64,000 bases of DNA from Chiloscyllium plagiosum. Taxonomy: Eukaryota. A program made the translations under genes and the position numbers. The stretch covers positions 19,136,229-19,200,228 of the forward strand of contig NC_057750.1 in the NCBI RefSeq assembly GCF_004010195.1. The letters run 5' to 3'. The notes under the pieces were generated by a model. The model saw nothing but the letters and a program-made list of their open reading frames with translations. It made no database searches and was not told the DNA's origin. Shown in pieces: positions 37,436-50,450 of the stretch (the stretch's first letter is position 1; every line of letters starts with the position of its first letter).

Positions 37436-38419
37436 GCTATATAAAAGAAGATTGTAAGAATTTGTTTTAGAGAAATAATAGGTAAAAGAGAGGTAAGAGT
37501 GGATATTAGACAGCAGGAAAATGAGGCTGGTGAAGTAATAATGAGGAGCAGAGAAATTAATAAGTAACTGAATGGGTACTTTGCATCATGGGAAACACAC
37601 AAGTAGCAGACCAGAACTTCAAGGGAATTGGAGGTAAAGGTGAGTGTCATGTCCGTCACTAAGGAGAAGGTGCTGGGGAAGCTCAAAGGTCTGAAGGCTG
37701 ACAAATTATCCAGACTGGATGGACTACGTCCTACAGTTCTGTAGGAGAGAGCTGAGGAGATTGCAGAGGCATTGGTGGTGATCTTTCAGGAATCATTGGA
37801 GTCAGGAGGAGTCCTAGTTGACTGGAAACTAGCTAATGTAACAACCTTGTTTAAGAAGAGAGAGAGGCAAAGCACAGGAAATTATATGCCAGTTAGCCTG
37901 ACCTTGTTCATTAGTAAGATTTTAGAGTCCAATATTAAGGATAAAATTGTAAAGTACTTGGAGTGCATGGTAAAATAGGGCGGAGCCTGCTCGGCTTCGT
38001 CAAAAGGAGGTCATGCCTCACAAATCCAATAGGATTCTTTGAGGTGTAATAAGCAAGTTAGATAAAGGAGAGCCAGTGGACATGGTCTATTTGGTTTTCC
38101 AGAAGGTCTTTGACACGGTGCTGCACAGGTTACTGCTAAGTAAGGTAAGAACCTATGGTTCTCAGCATGGCAGCCAGTAACTAGTGCAGTTACACAGCGA
38201 TCAGTGTTGGGACCACACCCATTCACATCATACTGGCTGAACTGGCTGAAGGAACTGAGGGCAATGTTGCTAAATTTGAAGATATCAGAAAAAAGGTGGA
38301 GAGAAAGGTAGTGTTGATGCAAGGCAGCTCAGAAGGACTTGGACTAGCTAGGCTGTGGGCACAGTGGTGGCAATGAGGAAATACAATGGGCAAAAGTGTG
38401 AGGTTATGCACTTTGGTAG

Positions 38420-39151
38420 TGTTACAAAGCCGAGATTTACACCCCACTGATAATAAAACCCAAAACACCCAGAGCTCACCTCGCCTTGTAATCTGATAGA
38501 AGTGTGAGAAGTGATATAACTTACCTCTTACCCCCAATGTGTGGTAAAGGAATGTTTAAGTGAAATGGAATCCTTTCACCCACTCTATAATTAACCAATA
38601 AAAATTTATTTATGTAACTTCAACACTGAACAAATTAACAGAACAACAAACTGAGCAGTTTCTCTCTAACTACCTATTCCTGAATAAAACAAGATTTTAA
38701 TAGTATGCTGTTCCAATAACACAGGCCCCACTTAGATAAATCCAAATAATAAGAAAGCGATAAATTAAAATTTAGTCTCTCAAGGTTCACACAGAATAGA
38801 ACCTCCTGAACTTTCTGTAACTTCTTCCATTGTCATCCTTTGTCTGAAATGCTTTCTCAGTCGGTTTTGCTGATCTTTTTGCCTGGAATATTATCTAAAA
38901 GTGCAATGGTACCTTCATGAATGGATAGTGCATTTTTCTGAGAACATGGAGATTACTTATCTCTTCAGATAGCAGCTAGCTTTCTCCTCTCTGTCCGAAA
39001 TGCAACTTGGTTGTATGATGCAAAATGTTTCAATTTGTCCACTTTAACTGCTGTTCAGATATCCATTTTAACTCTAAGCACAGAAAAGGATGCCATCTTT
39101 TAAAGGGACCACACAATGCATTCCCCTATTTTACACGCCAACTTCACAACA
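38420..39151. mobile_element. Probable solo LTR
   Basis: TGTTAC...CACAACA termini; flanks GTAG/GTGG; CR1 sequence CACTTTGGTAG|GAAGAATAAAGGC rejoins across it. Confidence 0.7.
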
Positions 39152-39551
39152 GTGGGAAGAATAAAGGCATAGACTATTTTCTAAATGGAAAAATCTATCA
39201 GAAATCTGAAGCATAAAAGGATTTATGATCTCATTTCAAGATTCTTTAAAGGTTAGCATGCCAGTTCAGTTGACAGTTAGGAAGACAAATGCACTGTTAG
39301 CATTATTTCAAGAAGGCTAGAATACAAGAGAAGGGATATAATGCTGAGGCTGTACAAGGCTCTGTTCAGACCGTGTTTGGAATATTGCATGCAGTTTTAG
39401 ACCTTATATCTTAAGGGAAGATGTGCTGATGTTGGAGAGGATCCAGAGGAAGTTTACAAGAATGATCCTGGGGATGAAGGGCTGATCATATGAGGAGTGG
39501 TTGAGGACTCTAGGTCTGTACACAGTGGAATTTAGAAATATGCTGTATATC

Positions 39552-39654
39552 AGAAACAAAAACAGAGATTGCTGGAAAAGCTTGGCAGGTCTGGCAGCAT
39601 CTGTGGAGAGAATACAAAGCTAACATTTCTGGCTGAGTGACCCTTCCTCAGAAC
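39552..39654 (-). mobile_element. Family-D pLTR-like repeat with hammerhead-like motif
   Basis: Minus GUU-CUGAGGA-AGGGUCACUCAGCCA-GAAA-UGUU-AGC; related copies near 15010, 48098, 49170, 49578 and 51675. Confidence 0.6.
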
Positions 39655-41319
39655 ATGTCAGAGGCATGGCTTTTTAGAATTGAAATGAGGAGGAATTTCT
39701 TCAGTAAGAGTGTGGCGAATCTATGGAACTCATTGCTACAGAAGGTTGTGGAATCCAAGTCATAGGGTCATAGAGATGTACAGCACGGAAACAGACCCTT
39801 CGGTCCAACGTGTCCATACTGACCAAATATCCCAACTTATTCCAGTCCCATTTGCCAGCACTTGGCTCATATCCCTCTAAACCCTTCCTATTCATATACC
39901 CATCCAGGTGCCTTTTAAATGTTGCAATTGAACCAACCTCCACCACTTCCTCTGGCAGCTCATTCCACGCATGCACCACCCTCTGCGTGAAAATGTTACC
40001 CTTTAGGTCCCTTTTATATCTTTCCCCTCTCACCCTAAACCTATGCCCTCTAGTTCTGGACTCCCCCACCCAGGGAAAAGACTTTGTCTTTTTAACCTAT
40101 CTGTGCTCCTCATGATTTTATAAGCCTCTATGAAATCATTGAGTGTACTTATGCAGAGATAGACAGGTTCTTGGTTAGTAATTGGATCAAAAGTTATAGG
40201 TAAAAAGGCAAAAAAATAAAGTTGAGAAACATATCAGCCATGATCAAATGGTGGAGCAGACTGGATGGACAGAATGACTTGGGTTATAGAGTCATAGAGT
40301 CACAGAGTCATAGAGGTGTGCAGCATGGAAACAGACCCTTCCGTCCAACCCAATCTAGTCCCACCTGCCAGCACCCAGCCCATAAACTTCCTGTTCATAT
40401 ACCCATCCAAATGCCTTTTAAATGTTACAATTGTACTAGCGTCCACCACTTCCTCTGGCAGCTCATTCCAGACAGGGTTCTTATCATGTTTGTGTCAGCT
40501 CTTTGATGGGATGGTCCAATAGTCCCATTCCCTTGCTTATCTGCATCATTCCTGTATTTTTTGTTGTTTTTCAGACTTTCATCTAATTTCCTTTTGAAAG
40601 TTATTATTCCTTTGAAGGCAATATATTTCAAATGTTTAAAATTTGTTGCATAAATTAGTATTCTCATCATTGGCCTCTGCGCTCTGCATAGTTATCTTAA
40701 TCTATGTCCTCTGGTTACTGTTCCTCTAGCTACTGGAAGAAATGTCTCCTAGGGACTCCATCACAATCACTGACATTTCTAAAAAAATCTCCACATTACT
40801 ATGAATGTTTTAAGGTGAGCAATGCCAGTTGCTTGAGTTTAATATTGGGTGTGATCTTGGATATAATTTGTTGTTGATGAACAACTAACATAGAGTCACA
40901 GAGTTATACATCACAGAGTCCAACAAGTCCATGTTGACCATAATCCCAAACTAAATTAATTCCACCTGCCTACTTCTTTCCATATCACTCCACATTTTTC
41001 CAATTCATGTACGTATCCAAATGTCTTTTAAACGTAATTGTATGTACATCCAGCATTTCCTCAGGAAGCTCACTTCATGCATGAACGACCCTCCGTATGA
41101 AAGGTTTGCCCCTCATTGCTTTTTTAAATCCCTCTCCTCTCACTTTAAAAATGTGCACCCCGAGTCTTGATTATAAGGACATGACGTAAGTTCAAGATTT
41201 TCTTTGTTTTATGAACACTATAACATTGATCTCATAAGAAAAGAATAATATTTCAGCCACAGAAAGAATAGAATGAAAATTCACTGGAATCATTCCATGA
41301 AGAAAGGAAAGAAAATTTA

Positions 41320-41543
41320 TGTTGATGCAGTGATTGGGATGAGGGCCAGGTGGATCTCCCTGAGATGAGATTCCTGATTGGGGTTGTTAGCCGGGGTCAT
41401 TCAGTTTACCTGGCTGAGAGATATAAACAGAGTTTCCTCACGCTGGGACTGGATCTGAGCTAGCTGGTCAGAGTCCATGTACTGTATCTGATAAATAAAC
41501 GATAACTTGGTGATGGGATAGCTGCTTCTGTGCAGTTATTTCA
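41320..41543 (+). mobile_element. Short solo LTR (Gypsy-like)
   Basis: TGTTGA...TTTCA ends, ATTGG boxes, TATAAA near 41422, AATAAA near 41494, flanks ATTTA/GTTTA. Confidence 0.6.
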
Positions 41544-41848
41544 GTTTATATAAACATTTTCTAAACAACTTGTTCAGAGATGTTATTACATACTTCTGGC
41601 GCATGGGCCTTGAACTCTGGCCTCCGAGGTGATAGAGATAGGCACACTTACCATTGCACCACAAGAAGCCTAAATTATTTCATCAATGGGTTATCTGGTT
41701 GATTGAAAGTTTATAATTTTCAGAAATTGAACCTGGGTCAATATGTTGGAAGGCAGCTAGACTCACCACCATACCACCTTTGCTGCAATTTATATTTATA
41801 TTGTATCATTTACAATCTCAGGATGTCCCAAAGCACTGCACAGCCAAT

Positions 41849-43547
41849 TAGAATCAGGGAGTGGTACAACATGGAAACAGACCCTTCAGTCCAACTTGTC
41901 CATGCCAACCAAATATCCTACATTAATCTAGTCCCATTTGCCAGCATTTGATCCATTCCCCTCTAAATCCTTTGTATTCATATACCCATGCAGATGCATT
42001 CTAACTGTTGTAATTGTACCAGCCTCCACCACTTCGTCTGGCAGCTCATTCCATGAATGTACTAAACTCTGCATGAAAATGTTGCCCCTTATGTCACTTT
42101 GAAATCTTTCCCCCTCACTTTAAACCTATGCCCTCTAGTTTTAGACTCCCCCACCCAGGGAAAAGAGCATGTCTATTCACCCTATCAAATCTCCCTCATG
42201 ATTTTATAAGCCTCCACATGGTCATCCTTCAGCCTCCGATGCTCCTGGGAAAACAGCTCCAACCTATTCAGCCTCTCCCAATAGCTCAAATCTTCCAACC
42301 CTGGCAACATCCTTGTAAGTTCTGTCTGAACACTTCCAAGTTTCACAATATCCTTCCCATAGCAGGGGAGACCAGAATTAATGCAGTATTCCAAAAGTGG
42401 CCTAACCAATGTCCTGTACAACCACAACATGACTCTTGACTCCTAAACACAATGCTCTGACCAATAAAGGAAAGCATGCCAAATGCCTTCTTCACTATCC
42501 TATCTACCTGGGATTTTACTTTCAAGGAACTATGAACCTCCACTCCAAGATCTCTTTGTTCAGCAACACTCCCAAGGGCCTTACTCTAACTCCTGCCCTG
42601 ATTTGCCTTTCCAAAATGCAGCACCTCACATTTGTCTAAATTAAACTCCATCTGTCACTTCTCAACCCATTGGCCCATCTGATCAAGATCCTGTTGTACT
42701 CTGAGGAAACCTTCTTCGCTGTTCACTATACCTTCAATTTTGGTGTCATCTGCAAACTTACTAACTATTCCTTCTATGCTCACATCCAAATCATTTATAT
42801 AAATGACAAAAAGTAGTAGACACAGCACCGATCCTTGTGGCACTTCACTGGTCACAGGCCTCCAGTCTGAAAAGCAACCCTCCACCACCACCCTCTATGT
42901 TCTATCTTTGAGCATGGTCTATACCAAATGGTTAATTCTCCCTGTATTCCATGTGATCTAACTTTGCTAACCAGTCTATCATAAGAAACCTTGTCCAATG
43001 CCTGACTGAAGTACATATAGATCACATCCACTACTCTGTCTTCATCAGTCTTCTTTGTTACTTCTTCAAAAAATTCAAACGAATTAGTGAGACATGATTT
43101 CTCACTCACAAAGCCATGTTGACTATCGCTAAGTAGCCCTTACCTTATAAGTGCATGTAACTCCTGTCCCTCAGGAATTCCTCCAAACAACTTGCCCACT
43201 GATGTCAGCCTCACTGGTCTATAGTTCCCTCGATTTTCCTTACCACCTTTCTTAAATAGTGACACCATGTTGGCCAACCTCCAGTCTTCTGTCACCTCAC
43301 CCATGTATATTGATGATACAAATATCACAGCAAGGGGCACAACAATCACTTCCCTAGCTTCCCACAGAGTTCTAGGGTACACCTGATCAGATCCTGGGGT
43401 CTTATCCACCTTTCTGCATTTTAAGCCATCCCGCACCTCCTTCTCTGTAATGCGGATATTTTTCAAGATGTCGCTATTTATTTTCCCAAGTTCTTTATCT
43501 TCCATATCCTTCTCCACAGTAAACACTAATGCAAAATACTCATTTAG
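41849..43547 (-). mobile_element. CR1 LINE, 5'-truncated, inserted in a Deu-domain SINE
   Basis: DKTPGSDQVYPR, KSCLTN, VPQGSVL, KFADDTK, RPLLEYC; SINE sequence on both sides (about 41810-41848 and 43550-43820). Confidence 0.9.
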
Positions 43548-43972
43548 TAACGTATTAAGTACTTATAAAAAACAATCACAGCGCAGCAGCCAGTTTGCTA
43601 CATCAAACCCCGACAAATAGCAATAAGATAACAACCGGATAACTTTAAAAAAAATTTTGTTTGCAAGATTGGCTGTCTGAATCCTCTGCTTTTCTTGAAA
43701 AAAGTGCTAAGGGATCATTTGGGACCATTGTTTAACATGCCATCTGTAACACACTGCACCCCAACAATACAACACTCCCCCTGAACTGATGTGCCAATTT
43801 GGAGCTGTGCTCATGTCTTTGGTGTTAAATTAACAGGCTACAGTTATGCAGCAGGGTTTTTAAGAAAATGTACTGATCTGTATTCAAACAGGGAGGTTAG
43901 GGGAAGATGTAGTTTTCAATAGATAACTACTAAAGTATTGTTTCAACTGGTGACCAGCAGACATAGTAATTA

Positions 43973-44275
43973 TTAGATTAGATGTCCTGCAGTGTGGAAA
44001 CAGGCCCTTCAGCCCAAGTCCACACTGACCCTCCGAAGAGTAACCCACCCAGACCCATTTCCCTCTGACTTATGCACCTAACACAATGGGCAATTTCCCT
44101 TGGCCAATTCACCTGACCTGCACGTTTTTGGACTGGTGGAGGAAACCGGAGCAACCTGAAGAAACCCATACAAACTTATACAAACTCCACACAGAGAGTC
44201 GTCTGAGACTGGAACTGAGCCTGGTTCCTTGGCGCTGTGAGGCTGTAGTGCTAACCACTGAGCCACCATACCGCT
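43973..44275 (-). mobile_element. HE1-type SINE
   Basis: Homologous to the other copies. Confidence 0.85.
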
Positions 44276-44316
44276 CGTACATAGATGGATTAAATATCAA
44301 CAAAATGACAGAACAG

Positions 44317-46023
44317 GCTAAGATAAAAGGTAGGGAGGAGGGACTTGGGGGAGGGGCGTTGGGAATGCAATAGGTGGAAGGAGGTTAAGGTGAGGGTGAT
44401 AGGCCGGAGAGGGGTTGGGGGCGGAGAGGTAGGGAAGAAGATTGCAGGTCAAGAAGGCGGTGCTGAGTCCGAGGGTTGGGACTGAGAAAAGGTGGGGGAA
44501 GGGGAAATGAGGAAGGTGGAGAAATCTGCATTCACCCCTTGTAGTGGAGGGTTCCTAAGCGGAAGATGAGGGGCTCGTCCTCCAGGCGTCATGTTTCTAT
44601 GATCTGGCGATGGAGGAGGCCAAGTACCTGCATGTCCTTGGCGGAGTAGGAGGGGGAGTTAAAGTGTTCAGCCACGGGGCGGTTGGGTTGGTTGGTGCGG
44701 GTGTCCCAGAGGTGTTCTCTGAAATGTTCCGCAAGTAGGCTGCCTGTCTCCCCAATGTATAGGAGGCCAGATTGGGTGCAGTGGATTCAGTAAATGATGT
44801 GTATGGAGGTGCAGGTAAATTTGTGATGGATCTCTTGGGGCCTTAGAGGGAAGTGAGGGGGGAGGTGTGGGCGCAAGTTTTGCATTTCTTGCGGTTGCAG
44901 GGGAAGGTGCCGGGAGTGGAGGTTGGGTTGGNNNNNNNNNNNNNNNNNNNNNNNNNNNNNNNNNNNNNNNNNNNNNNNNNNNNNNNNNNNNNNNNNNNNN
45001 NNNNNNNNNNNNNNNNNNNNNNNNNNNNNNNNNNNNNNNNNNNNNNNNNNNNNNNNNNNNNNNNNNNNNNNNNNNNNNNNNNNNNNNNNNNNNNNNNNNN
45101 NNNNNNNNNNNNNNNNNNNNNNNNNNNNNNNNNNNNNNNNNNNNNNNNNNNNNNNNNNNNNNNNNNNNNNNNNNNNNNNNNNNNNNNNNNNNNNNNNNNN
45201 NNNNNNNNNNNNNNNNNNNNNNNNNNNNNNNNNNNNNNNNNNNNNNNNNNNNNNNNNNNNNNNNNNNNNNNNNNNNNNNNNNNNNNNNNNNNNNNNNNNN
45301 NNNNNNNNNNNNNNNNNNNNNNNNNNNNNNNNNNNNNNNNNNNNNNNNNNNNNNNNNNNNNNNNNNNNNNNNNNNNNNNNNNNNNNNNNNNNNNNNNNNN
45401 NNNNNNNNNNNNNNNNNNNNNNNNNNNNNNNNNNNNNNNNNNNNNNNNNNNNNNNNNNNNNNNNNNNNNNNNNNNNNNNNNNNNNNNNNNNNNNNNNNNN
45501 NNNNNNNNNNNNNNNNNNNNNNNNNNNNNNNNNNNNNNNNNNNNNNNNNNNNNNNNNNNNNNNNNNNNNNNNNNNNNNNNNNNNNNNNNNNNNNNNNNNN
45601 NNNNNNNNNNNNNNNNNNNNNNNNNNNNNNNNNNNNNNNNNNNNNNNNNNNNNNNNNNNNNNNNNNNNNNNNNNNNNNNNNNNNNNNNNNNNNNNNNNNN
45701 NNNNNNNNNNNNNNNNNNNNNNNNNNNNNNNNNNNNNNNNNNNNNNNNNNNNNNNNNNNNNNNNNNNNNNNNNNNNNNNNNNNNNNNNNNNNNNNNNNNN
45801 NNNNNNNNNNNNNNNNNNNNNNNNNNNNNNNNNNNNNNNNNNNNNNNNNNNNNNNNNNNNNNNNNNNNNNNNNNNNNNNNNNNNNNNNNNNNNNNNNNNN
45901 NNNGAAGGGCTTATGCCCGGAACATCGATTCTCCTGCTCCTTTGATGCTGCCTGACCTGCTGCGCTTTTCCAGCAACACATTTTTCAGCTCTGATCTCCA
46001 GCATCTGCAGTTCTCATTTTCTC
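44317..46023. mobile_element. Penelope family-B insertion with internal inversion across a gap, 16-bp TSD
   Basis: TSD CAAAATGACAGAACAG at 44301-44316 and 46024-46039; left part is minus-strand GIY-YIG region, right part is plus-strand pLTR. Confidence 0.82.
44932..45903. other. Assembly gap (N run)
   Basis: N characters. Confidence 1.
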
Positions 46024-46597
46024 CAAAATGACAGAACAGTAATTTTATACGGATGCCTAATTTGATATTAGATTGTTAGAGAATTAACACTCTTACTTGT
46101 AAGTTTATAAATAATTTCTAAACATGATAGGGTTTAAAGTCAAGTTTTAGCTTTTCTAGGCACTAAATGTAATTATAACAATTGTTACTTACAAAGAAAA
46201 TGAATATTTACAGCACAGGAGGCCATTCAGTCTGTTCTGAATGCACTGGTTGTCTGTGTGTGCGGTGCTCCTAATGCCACTCACTTGTTTTTTTTTCTGT
46301 AGCCCTACAATTTATTACTCTTCAGACAATGATTAAAATCTTTGTTGAAAGCAACAATTGAATCTGTCTTCACCTAACTCTTAGCCAGTTCATTCCAGAT
46401 CTTAACCACTTCCTGCATGAAATGTTTTGCCTCGTGTCACTGTTGCTTCTTCTGCCAATCAGCTGAAATCAGTGTCCCTAGTTTTCAATTCTTCCACTAA
46501 ATTAGGTTTCTCTTTCTCTCTCTCCTCAATGCAGACCCTCATCATTTAAATACGTCAATCAAACCCCTGCCAATAGAAAACAATCCCAACTTTTCCA

Positions 46598-48000
46598 ATA
46601 GAGTCATAGTTATAGAGATGTACAGCATGGAAACAGACCATTTGGTCCAACTTGTCCATGCTAACCCGATATCTCAACCCAACCTAGTCCCACCTGCCAG
46701 AACTCGGCCCATATCCCTTCAAACCCTTCCTATTCATATATCCATCCAGATGCCTTTTAAATGCTGCAATTGTACTAGCCTCTACCACTTCCTCTGGCAG
46801 TTCATTCCATTGCGTGAAACAATTGCCTCTTTGGTCTCTTTTATATCTTTCCCCTCTCAACCTAAAACTATGCCCTCTAGTTCTGGACTTCCCCACCACA
46901 GGGAAAAGACTTTGTCTATTTATCCTATGCATACCTCTCATGATTTTATAAACCTCTATAAGGTCACCCCTCAGCCTCCGACGCTCCAGGGAAAACAGCC
47001 CCAGCCTATTCAACCTTCCCCTATAGCTCAAATCCTCCAACCCTGGCAACATCCTTGTAAATCTTTTCTGAACCCTTTCAAGTTTCACAACATCTTTCCG
47101 TTAGGAAGGAGACCAGAACTGCATGCAATATTCCAACAGTGGCCTAACCAATGTCCTGTACAGCCGCAACATGACCTCCCACTCCTGCACTCAATACTCT
47201 GACCAATAAAGGAAAGCATACCAAACGCCTTCTTCACTATCTTACCTACCTGCGACTCCACTTTCAAGGAGCTATGAACCTGCACTCCAAGGTCTCTTTG
47301 TTCAGCAACACTCCCTAGGACCTTACCATTAAGTGTATAAGTCCTGCTAAGGTTTGCTTTCCTAAAATGCAGCACCTCGCATTTATCTAAATTAAACTCC
47401 GTCTGCCATTTCTCAGCCCATTGGCCCATCTGATCAAGATCCCTTTGTAATTTGAGGTAACCTTCTTCACTGTCCTCCAATTTTGGTGCCATCTGCAAAC
47501 TTACTAGCTATAACTCTTATGCTCACATCCATATCATTTATATAAATAATGAAAAGGTCCTTGTGGAACTCCACTGGTCACTGGCCTCCAGTCTGAAAAG
47601 CAACCCTCCACCACCATTCTCTGTCTTCTACCTTTGAGCCAGTTCTGTATCCACATGGCTAGTTCTCCCTTTATTCCGTGAGACCTCACCCTGTTAACCA
47701 GTCTCCCATGGGGACCCTTGTCGAACGTCTTACTGAAGTCCATATGGATCACATCTACCAGGTCACATTGACCCTCATCAATCCTCTTTGTTACTTCTTC
47801 GAAAAACTCTATCAGGTTTGTGAGACATGATTTCCCATGCATAAAGCCATGTTGACTATCCCTAATCAGTCCTTGTCTTTCCACATACTTGTACATCCTG
47901 TCCCTCAGCATTCCCTCCAACAACCACCGACGTCAGGCTCACTGGTCTATAGTTCCCTGGCTTGTCCTTACAACCTTTCTTAAACAGTGGCACCACTTTA
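46598..48000 (-). mobile_element. CR1 LINE, 5'-truncated
   Basis: DSQHGFMHGKSCLTNL, SGVPQG, LERVQKRFTRM, WNELPEEVV. Confidence 0.9.
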
Positions 48001-48097
48001 TCCAAGAAAGTTTCTCATCTCTGGAACAGTTATCGTGAACATAATAAATCTTGTAGCGAAAAAGACACCAGTCCATGCACCACTGTTGCTGACACCT

Positions 48098-48332
48098 GAA
48101 AGAAAAACAAAATACTGAAGAAATTCAGTAGTGTGGCAGCATCTACAGAGAGAAAATGCAGTTAACCTTTGAGACTAATACGACCTTTTTCAAAGAACTC
48201 TCCAAAGGAGTGTCATACTGGACTTGAAAAGTTAATTGTTTCTCTCTCTACAGATGCAGTCAGACCTGCTGAGTTTCTCCAGCATTTTCTGTTTTTCTCT
48301 CAGATCTGCAGCATCTGCAGTATTTTGCTTTT
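48098..48332. mobile_element. Fold-back pLTR-like mini-insertion (family D), 14-bp TSD
   Basis: TSD TGTTGCTGACACCT at 48084-48097 and 48333-48346; diverged inverted arms. Confidence 0.75.
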
Positions 48333-49089
48333 TGTTGCTGACACCTTTTGGGTTGATGGCAGGGGGTTAGAATGTGGAAGTTCCAGTGAGTTTACTTTGC
48401 TGGGTTAGGTTTACACATGCTGTCAATATGCTATACACCCCGTAGGTGAAATTACACCGTCAGGTCTTCATTCTCTCCCAAATGCTCATCACAGAGACCC
48501 TTGCACTGGAAGTTACATCACTTGGGTGCTTTCAGAGTTGTCCTTCCCCAGACATACACACCAGGCAGCAGCATTGAGAGACGTTGTGCACATAATCACA
48601 GTCCTTCTGATGCATTCAAACCATGAAAATGAACTCTTTTCATTTATGTTCTGTCCTTGTACTGGGAATTTCTTAGTTTCCTGGTTGATTTAGTTAATGG
48701 AAAAAGTGTTCTTAATCCAAGGATCATGGGTTCAAGTGCCATGTGGGGTAATCAGTTATTTTCTGAAATCACCAAAAAGCGTCCTTAAAAAAGATAGTAC
48801 AAACAATTCTCCTTTAAGTACATTGAAAGTTACATTTGAATATTATTTACTGAAATGAGCTATCACTCAGTAAATTCATATACATAATGCTTTGACCTTC
48901 TATTCTAAATTTTCTCAAGATTTGTATTGTCTTAATCAAATTCTATTTAGAATTCCATGTACATAATATAAACATGATCCTCATCAACCCTCTCTTTTAT
49001 CTCATTAAAAGCCTTAAACAAGATTGTTTAGACAGCTTTCATTTTAACAAATCCATGTAGACATTCCTGAATTAATTCACATTTTCCAG

Positions 49090-50450
49090 TGCATTTTCTT
49101 TTACTCATTCATAAGATGTGGTTGGTGCTGGCTTGGTCGCATTTATTTTCCATCTTTTCCCTAGCTGCTAACAGTTCTAATGAAGAGTCACTAGATTCAA
49201 AACATTAACTTTGCTTTCTTCCTACAGATACTTCCAGACCTGTTAGGTTTTGCTAGCAATTCCTGTTTTTGTTTTAGATCTCCAGTACCTGCAGATCTTG
49301 TTTTATTTATTTCCCATCCCTCATTAGTCTCTTGAGAAGGTGGTGGTGAACGGTGGACTTGAACTGTACTCCATTTGGTGCAGGTGCACCCACAAAGCTA
49401 TGAAGGAAATTTTGCCTCAGATTATTGTTTATAAAAATCTCCTCACTGCCATGGTTAAAATCTGAGGCTGGGGTTGCTGGGTTTATCTTTACAGTATTTT
49501 TTGAACAAAGGTGTAACATTTGAATTCATATGTGCCTCCAGAACTTCTACTGTTACTTCATAAACTATCCTTCAGTAGAAACAAAAAACAGAAATTGCTG
49601 GAAAAGCTCAGCAGGTTTGGCAGCATCTGTGGAGACAAATCGGGGTTAACATTTTGGGTCAAGTGACCACTTGTCAAAAGGGTCTTTAAATAGATCACTT
49701 CAGGTCCTGGTGACTTAGCAACTTCCATCTAGCCAGTCTATTTTATCGATTTTCATCTATTCCAGTGTGCCAACTATTCTTCTTTCTTTTTCATTCAAGG
49801 GATGTTGGCCTCACGGGCAATGTGACCATCTCTAAAGCTGCCTAACAGTCGATTAGGTGTACCTACAACATTTTGTGGGAAAGAGTTCCAGGATTTTGAC
49901 ACAGCAACTGTGAAGGAATGGTGACATATTTCCGAATCTGGATGGTGAATGGCTTGGAGTGGAGGTGATATTCCCATGTATCTACTTCCCTTGTCCTTCC
50001 AGTGGTCATGGATTTGGAAGGTGCTGTTTAAGGATATTTGGTGAATTTCTGCAGTGCATCTTGTAGATTGTATACATTGCTGCTACTGTGCTTTATTGCT
50101 GGAGTGAGTGAATGTTTATAAATGTGGTGCCAAACTAGTGGGCTGTTTGTCCTGGATTGTGTTAGTTTTCTTGAGTGTTGTTGAAACCGCACTCCTCCAG
50201 GCAAGTAGATAACATTCCATCACTCTCCTGACATATGCCTTGTAGGTAGTGAATATGCTTTGAGGAGTTAGGAGTTGAGTCATTTGCAACAGGATTCCTA
50301 ACCTCTGCTGCTCTTGTAGCCACAGTGATGTCATGAGGTAGCCACAAACAAGTCCTTTGTGCCACACATGACTCCAACCAATGGAAAGCTTTCCTCAGAA
50401 ATCCCATTAATTCTAGGTTTGCTAGTGTTCCCTGTCATGCTCAATGTAAA
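49090..50450 (-). mobile_element. Degenerate L2/CR1-group LINE pieces with family-D pLTR inserts
   Basis: Same 3' end as 21925 and 25190. Insert 49155-49304 is flanked by ATTTATTT(T/C)CCATC. Confidence 0.6.

Larger units (their letters stand above)
37440..40270 (+). mobile_element. Degenerate CR1 ORF2 interrupted by a solo LTR, a pLTR fragment and a younger CR1 (about 39760-40130, minus)
   Basis: DWKLANVTTLFKK..GNYMPVSLT; RT remnants continue across the inserts. Confidence 0.75.

Noticed and set aside
44668..46031. Long ORFs of 340-437 aa (also those at 29371-29979)
   Set aside because: Artefacts of N runs translated as X.
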